Assembly: GCA_035578025.1 (NCBI GenBank)
Contig: DATJYJ010000026.1
Location: forward strand, 6,983 to 70,982
Direction: 5' to 3'
DNA: 64,000 nt
Source: Verrucomicrobiia bacterium
Lineage (GTDB): Bacteria > Acidobacteriota > Terriglobia > Bryobacterales > Bryobacteraceae
Positions 7,866-14,158 of the stretch are shown here, one piece after another. Every line of letters starts with the position of its first letter. The stretch's first letter is position 1. The position numbers were made by a program, and so were the translations under genes. The notes beneath the pieces were generated by a model, which was not told the origin of the DNA, searched no databases, and worked only from the letters and a program-made list of their open reading frames with translations.

Positions 7866-9487
7866 TCGCCCCGCCCCTCCCCGGCTTCCGGATCGAGACG
7901 CCGTTTGATGCCGTCGTACGTCAGGTTGTATTTCTCCGCGATCGCGATCGCATACGCCAGTCCATCGGCGAGCCGCCGCACAATCCGGAACGTCCGCATC
8001 GCCGGGTCGGCGGGATCGACGGTGCTGACCATGCTGACCGTGGTCGGGCTGAACGACGCCAGTTCGTCCAGGAACGTCACGGAAACGCACAGCATGTCCA
8101 GTTCGACCACCTGCCGCATGATCTCCCTGGTCAGGAACAAGGCATCGTCCAGCGTCGTGGAGAGGAAGCTCTCGTTCATGATCAGAATGCTGTTCGGAGT
8201 CGCGGCTTCCAGAATTCGCCGGATCCTCGTGAGATCCTCCTCCAGCTTGCTGCTCAGCGTCTCAATCGATTCCTCCCGTTCGAAATGTGTGAACAGCCTG
8301 TCGAACAGGAACAGCCTCGCTTCGCTGCCCGGAACGGGACAGCCGATGCTCGCCAGGTGATGCAGTTGGCCGAACATGCGCGCAAACGTCGTTTTCCCGC
8401 CTTGATTCGGCCCGCTGACGATGATGATTCGCTCGGGATCCTCCAGGTGAAAATCGTTCGTCACCACCCGCGCGTCCTCGCGCAGCAGCCGGTTCGCTAG
8501 GGCCAGGTCGAAGACGTCGCGCCCGTAAGCCTCCTTCGAATCCGCGGTCACAGCCGGGTAGCAGAAGCGCAGCCCCGTGCGCGCGAAGCGCTGCACGTGC
8601 TCGTGGCAAGCGAGATAGAACTGCGCCTCCCGGTCGAATTCGGCGATCGTGGCATCCAGGTATCCCCGGTGGCGGTCGCGGAAAGCCTCCAATTCCGCAA
8701 ACACGCCAGGAAACAGGAGCGCCACCCGGTCCAGGATGGCCGCCTCCACGTGGTTCATGTCCGCCGGCGCGCGGATCTCGAACCGATAGTCCTTCGGCGC
8801 GCCCTGCCTGAATTTCTCGAACGTCTGCAAGACTTCCGCCCCGTAGTCCGGCTCGTCGCCGTACCTTCCCACCTTGATTCGCTTGCCCTCGATCTCCAGC
8901 GAATAGGTGACGCCCGCCAGGCCGGCCCTGAGCTTTGCCGTTTCGTCGGCGAGCTCGCGGAACGGCGCCGACGTAGTGTAGTGCTGCAGATACTCGTGAA
9001 ATCCACGCAGTCCCCGGGAGCGCAGGCCGGCCGCCGCCAGCCCGGACGCCAGGCGGATCGCGGCCACGCAGTAGATGTCCACCGCATCCAGAAAGTAGCT
9101 CTGCTTCTGGCGTTCGTAATACAGTTTTTCCGCCTGCGTGAGCAAGGCCCGCATCCTCCGCATTTCCTCGCCGAACCAGCGGATCGGTTCGAGTACGCTT
9201 TTCTCCTCCAGGTCGCGCAGCACCTCCTGTCGATATCGGATCGTCGCGGCGTCGCGCAGCGGCGCACAAAAAAACGGCCTCAGGTTGTACTCCTCACGGC
9301 CAGCCGTGATCGCGTCCACAATCTGATCCAGGTTGAGATCCCGAAAATACTCCGGCGCCTCCGTACGATCGGCCTCCGCGCCCGGTTGCACATCTCCGAA
9401 CAGGATGCTCCGGAAGGATGCCGGATCGCGTCCCGCCAGCGTGGTCGCCTCTTGAGTCAAACGGAATCTGTGTGTATCCGTGTTCAT
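7862..9487 (-). CDS. MutS-related ATPase (domains III/V only), paralog A
   Basis: Walker A SGPNQGGKTTFAR and a Walker B region SILIMNESFLSTT. No N-terminal mismatch-binding motif or Smr/endonuclease tail was recognised. Confidence 0.85.
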   Translation of the reverse strand: MNTDTHRFRLTQEATTLAGRDPASFRSILFGDVQPGAEADRTEAPEYFRDLNLDQIVDAITAGREEYNLRPFFCAPLRDAATIRYRQEVLRDLEEKSVLEPIRWFGEEMRRMRALLTQAEKLYYERQKQSYFLDAVDIYCVAAIRLASGLAAAGLRSRGLRGFHEYLQHYTTSAPFRELADETAKLRAGLAGVTYSLEIEGKRIKVGRYGDEPDYGAEVLQTFEKFRQGAPKDYRFEIRAPADMNHVEAAILDRVALLFPGVFAELEAFRDRHRGYLDATIAEFDREAQFYLACHEHVQRFARTGLRFCYPAVTADSKEAYGRDVFDLALANRLLREDARVVTNDFHLEDPERIIIVSGPNQGGKTTFARMFGQLHHLASIGCPVPGSEARLFLFDRLFTHFEREESIETLSSKLEEDLTRIRRILEAATPNSILIMNESFLSTTLDDALFLTREIMRQVVELDMLCVSVTFLDELASFSPTTVSMVSTVDPADPAMRTFRIVRRLADGLAYAIAIAEKYNLTYDGIKRRLDPEAGEGRGE

Positions 9488-9659
9488 CTGTGGCTAATCC
9501 TTCCACCGCAAACTGCCAGGGATGTCCCTCGCACTCTGCGATGCTGCATCGCGGCGCGCGTCAGGCTGCCGGCGCGGCGTAGGGTTGCCAATGGACAAAG
9601 GACGGGCGAATGTGAGGTTCGAAGGTCTGGAAACCGGATAGATGTTGGGTCACGGCATG

Positions 9660-9731
9660 CTCCTTTCGAGTCGTACTCGTAGGAGTCATCTTCCCCGGGG
9701 ATTGGGGCGGTTGACGGTGGACTCCAACACC
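9660..9731 (-). promoter_or_regulatory. Fluoride riboswitch (crcB RNA motif), copy 1, with an SD-occluding alternative hairpin
   Basis: The minus-strand RNA reads GGUG UUGGAGUC CACC GUCAACCG CCCC AAUCCCC GGGG AAGAUGACUCCUAC (9731->9679). P1 is GGUG/CACC. Loop GGAGUC is complementary to the 3' GACUCC. The tail CUCCUA pairs with AGGAG of AAAGGAG in a hairpin spanning 9685-9660. Confidence 0.75.
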
Positions 9732-9743
9732 ACCTTCAAGGCC

Positions 9744-9773
9744 AGTATCCCAGGACGCTGCGTTGCGTGTCAA
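9744..9773 (-). promoter_or_regulatory. Sigma-70-like promoter for the riboswitch-1 transcript
   Basis: On the minus strand: TTGACA (9773-9768), an 18-nt spacer, then GATACT (9749-9744). The predicted TSS falls a few nt before riboswitch P1 at 9731. Confidence 0.5.
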
Positions 9774-9794
9774 CGCACGTCGTGCAACGTGCTT

Positions 9795-9820
9795 GGCGGA
9801 GTTTTCGATCGTGCTCCGCC
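9795..9820 (-). terminator. Hairpin downstream of the SOD gene (possible terminator)
   Basis: Inverted repeat GGCGGAG-N12-CTCCGCC starting 23 nt after the SOD stop. There is no U-tract, so the call is weak. Confidence 0.3.
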
Positions 9821-9842
9821 GCACACGGACGAGATCGCGCTC

Positions 9843-10529
9843 TCACTTCACGAGTTCTTCGTAGCGCGCGCTGATAAAGTCCCAGTTGATGACGCTCAGG
9901 ATCGCCTTGAGATATTCGGCGCGGCGGTTCTGGTATTTGAGATAGTAGGCGTGCTCCCAGACGTCGATGCCGAGCAGGGGCTGCCGGCCCGACATCAGGG
10001 GGCTGTCCTGGTTGGGTGCGGCGTCGAGCACGAGTTGTTTGCGGGAATCCAGAGAAAGCCACGCCCAGCCGCTCCCGAAAACGCCGGCGGCGTTGGTGCG
10101 CAGTTGCTCCTCGAACCGCTCGCGGCCCCCGAAGGAGCGTTCGAGCGCGGCCGCGAAGCTGCCGGAGGGCTTGCCGCTTTTTGCGGCCGGGCACAGCGTC
10201 TGCCAGAAGAGTGAATGGTTGGCGTGCCCGCCGCCCTGGTTCCTGACCGCGGTGCGAAGGTTGTCGGGCAGCGTGCCCACACCAAGCAGAAGTCGTTCGA
10301 CGGTCAAGCGGGACAGCGTCTCGTCCCCGGCGACGGCTTTGTTCAGGTTGTCCACGTACGCCTGGTGATGCTTGTCGTGGTGGATCTGCATGGTCTGCGC
10401 GTCGATGTAGGGCTCCAGGGCGTCGTACGCGTAAGGGAGCTTGGGCAATGTAAACGGTGGTTCGGCGGCGTCCACCGTGGCGGAGAAGGCGCTCAGGGCA
10501 GCCATCTCCATTAAGGTTCGTCGTGTCAT
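9843..10529 (-). CDS. Fe/Mn-family superoxide dismutase with a twin-arginine signal peptide
   Basis: HHDKHHQAYVDNLN and DVWEHAYYLKYQNRR are hallmark Fe/Mn SOD motifs. The N-terminus [21 protein letters not shown] looks like a TAT signal. The ATG forms an ATGA overlap with the stop of the upstream heme protein. Confidence 0.95.
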   Translation of the reverse strand: MTRRTLMEMAALSAFSATVDAAEPPFTLPKLPYAYDALEPYIDAQTMQIHHDKHHQAYVDNLNKAVAGDETLSRLTVERLLLGVGTLPDNLRTAVRNQGGGHANHSLFWQTLCPAAKSGKPSGSFAAALERSFGGRERFEEQLRTNAAGVFGSGWAWLSLDSRKQLVLDAAPNQDSPLMSGRQPLLGIDVWEHAYYLKYQNRRAEYLKAILSVINWDFISARYEELVK

Positions 10530-12121
10530 TCGAGTACCTCTCTATTCGTTCGAGCAACCGTGCCGTGACCCTCTAGCACGACGAAGTGCCCGGACTGGCC
10601 GTGCCGCACATGGCGCGGCGGCGCCGCCGCGGAATGGACCGCGGGACGCGCGAAGGGATCCGAAAACCGCGGGTCGGTGAGCACCGTCCGGTCGGTCAGC
10701 GCATTCAGAAACGCGAGCAGTTCGCCTTCCTCCTGTCTGCTCAGCTCGAACGGCTTGACGAACTCGCTCTTGTTCGGATTCTCCGCGCCCACCCCGGCAT
10801 TCGGCCCGGATTTGATGGTGCGGCCGCCAGTGCGGTAATGCGATACCACGTCTGCCAGCGTCCGAATGCTGCCATCGTGCATGTACGGCGCGGTCACAGC
10901 GATGTTGCGCAGCGTGGGCGCCTTGAACTTGCCGACATCTTCTTCCTGGTGGGTGAAATCATAGAGCCCGAGGTTGGGGGGCGGATAGGAATACTTCCCA
11001 TTCACGTTGTAGAGGCCGGTATTGTGGAACTCGACCTCGGCGAAGCCCTTGTCCAGGTAGTCCACCGTCCCGGTGAAATTGAAGCCGCCGTGGCAGTGGA
11101 AGCATTCCAGGCGCTCGCTGAAGAATAGCGCCTCGCCGCGCTTCGCCGATTCGGAAATGGCAGCAGGATCGTCGCCGTTGCGGTAGTGATCATACGGCGA
11201 ATCGCCCGAGAGAATGGTGCGTTCGAAGCTGGCGATCGCCTGCGTGACCGAACGAATCGTGAACGGATCGGCCTGCGATGGGAACGCCGCGGCGAAGAGT
11301 TTCCGGTAGCGAGCGTCGCTCTTCAGCCGCCCGATCAGGACATCTTCCTTGCCCGCCATTCCCAGCTCCACCGGGTTCTCGCCGAAGAGCGGCACCAGCG
11401 CCTGCCCTTCCAGCGTACGCACCAGCGGATTGGCCCACGTGAGCACCGGGCTGTACGCCACGTTCACCAGGCTCATCGGTCCGCGAGGGTGAAGTTCACC
11501 GGTAGACCCCAGCCCGCGCGCCCGCCCGTCGCTAAACGCCTTCTCCTGACGGTGACAGGTGGCGCACGCCTGCGTCTGGTTGAGCGAGAGCCGCTTGTCG
11601 TAAAAGAGATACCGGCCCAGTTCCACCTTCTCCGCCGTCATCGGATTGTCCGCGGGAACGTTGGGAAGCGGGAATCCGGGAGGCAGACTCCACTCGTACG
11701 GACCCAGCTTTTCCTTCTCGGCCGCCTTTTGCACAAGCCTGAGGTGGCGGACGTATTGAACCAGTTGCCAGCGCTCAGTCTCGCTAAGTTGATCGCCGAA
11801 AGCCGGCATGTTGCCCGGGATACCGTGGCTGACCACCCAGTAGATCTCGCCGTCGCGCATGGATTCCATAAGGTATTCGGTCAGGTTGGTCGGCCGCACC
11901 GGAAGTTTGGCGGCCGCCGGCGTGCGCCCTTTGCCATCGTCGCCGTGACATCCGGCGCAACGGCGCCCGTAGACAGGCTGCGCGGCGGCAGCCTGCTCCG
12001 CGGTGAAAGCCAACGGAGATTTCAGTAGCCGCGCTTCCGGCGGCGCGCTCGAGTGGCCGTGTGCGTCGTGCGCGTGGCACAGCCCGCCGCCGAAGCAGAA
12101 CAGAAGCGCCAGCTTGTTCAT
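10526..12121 (-). CDS. mbnH: MbnH-like di-heme cytochrome c peroxidase/MauG-family enzyme with an extra N-terminal cytochrome c domain (three CxxCH)
   Basis: Trimmed to the ATG at 12121 ([12 protein letters not shown] signal). CxxCH motifs are CAGCH, CATCH and [27 protein letters not shown] is typical of the CCP/MauG/MbnH family. Confidence 0.8.
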   Translation of the reverse strand: MNKLALLFCFGGGLCHAHDAHGHSSAPPEARLLKSPLAFTAEQAAAAQPVYGRRCAGCHGDDGKGRTPAAAKLPVRPTNLTEYLMESMRDGEIYWVVSHGIPGNMPAFGDQLSETERWQLVQYVRHLRLVQKAAEKEKLGPYEWSLPPGFPLPNVPADNPMTAEKVELGRYLFYDKRLSLNQTQACATCHRQEKAFSDGRARGLGSTGELHPRGPMSLVNVAYSPVLTWANPLVRTLEGQALVPLFGENPVELGMAGKEDVLIGRLKSDARYRKLFAAAFPSQADPFTIRSVTQAIASFERTILSGDSPYDHYRNGDDPAAISESAKRGEALFFSERLECFHCHGGFNFTGTVDYLDKGFAEVEFHNTGLYNVNGKYSYPPPNLGLYDFTHQEEDVGKFKAPTLRNIAVTAPYMHDGSIRTLADVVSHYRTGGRTIKSGPNAGVGAENPNKSEFVKPFELSRQEEGELLAFLNALTDRTVLTDPRFSDPFARPAVHSAAAPPRHVRHGQSGHFVVLEGHGTVARTNREVLE

Positions 12122-12125
12122 ACCC

Positions 12126-12995
12126 TCAGTTCCCGGCCGCCGCAGAGCGCTTGTCATCGGACGCTGCAGCCTTGCGGAAAAAGGACTGCCTGCCGGCCGA
12201 ATGGCCGGCGAAGGGCAGCCCCAGGTTGGCGAATAGCGGCGCGCAATCGCCGTCCTCCGGGCTGGACATGCAACCAAGAGCGGTTTTCGGCTGGTTCGTG
12301 TCGATGTTGGAATCCTTGAGCAGCGCCGCCAGATCCGCCACCACCACGTCGCTCCGCGCGTCGAACCCGGCCAGTTCCACATCCACGCGGTTCGGCTCGC
12401 TGCACTGAACCGGCGGCGCGGTCTTGTTCTCGTTCGGCGTGCAGCCGGTGCTGCCCAGGTGGATCGCGTATCCGCGCGGCTGGCCGGTGCTCGCAAAATC
12501 CAGGCGCGCAAACTTCCGCCCCGCGTTCCACACCCAGGCGAGCGCCGTGAGATTGAGCGGCGGAGGCTGCGTCGTCAGGTCGGTGTGGTTCTTATTGAAA
12601 GGCACGCCAAGAGTGAAGCGGAGGCCCGTATAATGGCCGGCCGGAACCGTGCCCGTGACCCGGTCGTTGACATCCGGGGTGCCGTTTACGCAGCCGCCGG
12701 TGGCGTCTTCGAAATCCAGTAGCGCGACATCGTCCAACTGCCACCTGCCGTCCTGGCTGAACTGGAGCGGAACGCTCTTGCCCGAATCGTCGATCAGCGC
12801 CACGTTGTGCACGTAGAAGCGGAAGTCGCGTGGCGCCAGCGTGGACGCCGTCGTGCCGATTCCAGGGTACGTCCGCCCGCAGGCGAACTTCTCACTGCCA
12901 ACCATCGCTTGAAAACGGACGGTCACCTGCTGGTCGGCCGCCCAAACGCCGCCCTCCGCTGACAGGAGAGCCGCAAGGATCATCGTTAACTTCAT
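12126..12995 (-). CDS. mbnP: MbnP-like periplasmic copper-binding protein (metallo-mystery pair partner)
   Basis: Trimmed to the ATG at 12995 (MKLTMILAALLSAEGGVWA signal). It has conserved-looking Cys pairs and FYVHNVALID and LRFTLGVPF segments as recalled for MbnP/TIGR04052. It sits immediately upstream of the MbnH-like gene (4-nt gap). Confidence 0.7.
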   Translation of the reverse strand: MKLTMILAALLSAEGGVWAADQQVTVRFQAMVGSEKFACGRTYPGIGTTASTLAPRDFRFYVHNVALIDDSGKSVPLQFSQDGRWQLDDVALLDFEDATGGCVNGTPDVNDRVTGTVPAGHYTGLRFTLGVPFNKNHTDLTTQPPPLNLTALAWVWNAGRKFARLDFASTGQPRGYAIHLGSTGCTPNENKTAPPVQCSEPNRVDVELAGFDARSDVVVADLAALLKDSNIDTNQPKTALGCMSSPEDGDCAPLFANLGLPFAGHSAGRQSFFRKAAASDDKRSAAAGN

Positions 12996-13081
12996 AGGAG
13001 GTCTCTTTCGACAAACTGCAATCCAGTCCGCGCGGCGAAATTCCTCGGAATGATGCCTCCGCAGGTCACGCGGTCCTCTTC

Positions 13082-14146
13082 TCACCTCAGGCGGCGAATC
13101 TGCACGGCGCCGTCCTCTTCCCACGCAGCCAGCACCCCGCCGCCAGGCAACGCGGTCAGCGAAGGGAACGCTCCGGCGCTCGAGAGCCGTTCCACCTTGC
13201 CGTCGATCCACACGTCCACGTTCGCCCCCTCGACCCAGGCCACGTACGCGCGCTCGCCGCTGAGAGCAAGCGCCACGTCCTTGCCCGTGCCGATTTGCCG
13301 CTCCGGCCGCCCCGCTTCATCGAGGAAGACGTTGCCTTCGCGCCGCCATGCCGTGACGATCCGCGTCGCCGACACCGCGAGGCCTCCTCCATCCATCGGA
13401 CATGCGTTCAGCGGCCACGTCCCGTTGCCGAGCTTGTGGGGAGCCGGGAAATTCACACCGTCGCGAGACGTCGCCAGGTACAGGTCCCGGCAGCCATTCA
13501 AAGAGTTGCGCCACATCGCCACGAATTCGCCTCCGGGCGAGATCGCCGCCAAAGGATGACAGCACTCGCAGATCGAGCCGCCGGGCGATTCATAGACCTG
13601 GACATTCGCCGCCCACGTGACGCCGCCGTCGCTCGAGCGCGAGGAGTAAAGCCTGGTGCCCTTCCCGCCGCGCTTGTCCAGCCACACCGCAAACAGCGTG
13701 CTCCCGCCATCCGAGGCCAGGCCATGCAGGCCCTCGCTCGCCGAACCCGGGACATCGTTAATCGCCTTGGCGGTCGACCAGGTCGTTCCGCCGTCCTGCG
13801 AGCGCCACACCAGCAGGTCGCCGTCGGCAGGAAGGCCGTGGGCGTGCGCGCCCTCCTGCGGCCGGCTGCCCGCCACCGCGGTAATCACGATCGTGCGTCC
13901 GGACAGCGCGATGCGTGGCCCGCGGTGCCGGCTCAGCGGAACGATCCCCGCCCCGGCAACCTTGGTCGGCGGCGCAAACGTGCTTCCGCCGTCGCGCGAG
14001 GAGCTGAAGTAGATGGCGTTACCCGCTCCGAAAGCCATCGCCACCATCGACGAATTGGCCGCCATCTGCGGTTCGCGCGCCGGCGCCTCCGGACCCATCG
14101 GGCCGAGATGTGCGGCCGCCGCGGCATAAAGAAGTAGCGGAATCAT
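13082..14146 (-). CDS. BNR/Asp-box repeat protein (sialidase-like beta-propeller)
   Basis: Four Asp-boxes: SSRDGGSTF, SQDGGTTW, SSDGGVTW and TSRDGVNF. GGGAGGG lies upstream of the ATG. Confidence 0.8.
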   Translation of the reverse strand: MIPLLLYAAAAAHLGPMGPEAPAREPQMAANSSMVAMAFGAGNAIYFSSSRDGGSTFAPPTKVAGAGIVPLSRHRGPRIALSGRTIVITAVAGSRPQEGAHAHGLPADGDLLVWRSQDGGTTWSTAKAINDVPGSASEGLHGLASDGGSTLFAVWLDKRGGKGTRLYSSRSSDGGVTWAANVQVYESPGGSICECCHPLAAISPGGEFVAMWRNSLNGCRDLYLATSRDGVNFPAPHKLGNGTWPLNACPMDGGGLAVSATRIVTAWRREGNVFLDEAGRPERQIGTGKDVALALSGERAYVAWVEGANVDVWIDGKVERLSSAGAFPSLTALPGGGVLAAWEEDGAVQIRRLR

Positions 14147-14158
14147 GAGCCCTCCCTG

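Noticed and set aside
4277-9487. Interpreting the MutS-like pair plus AAA ATPase as an anti-phage defence module
   Set aside because: No nuclease, TIR, SIR2, protease or other effector domain was recognised. The fluoride riboswitch directly upstream offers a more specific, testable context.
9561-9824. 87-aa ORF spanning the MutS leader
   Set aside because: As a whole it reads straight through the riboswitch aptamer and its promoter. Only its last 30 codons, from the GTG at 9653, are considered, and only as a speculative uORF.
12122-12511. 130-codon N-terminal extension of the MbnH-like ORF
   Set aside because: The extension overlaps the MbnP-like gene in another frame and is Arg/Pro/Ala-rich. 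A signal peptide begins at the ATG at 12121, directly after the MbnP stop.
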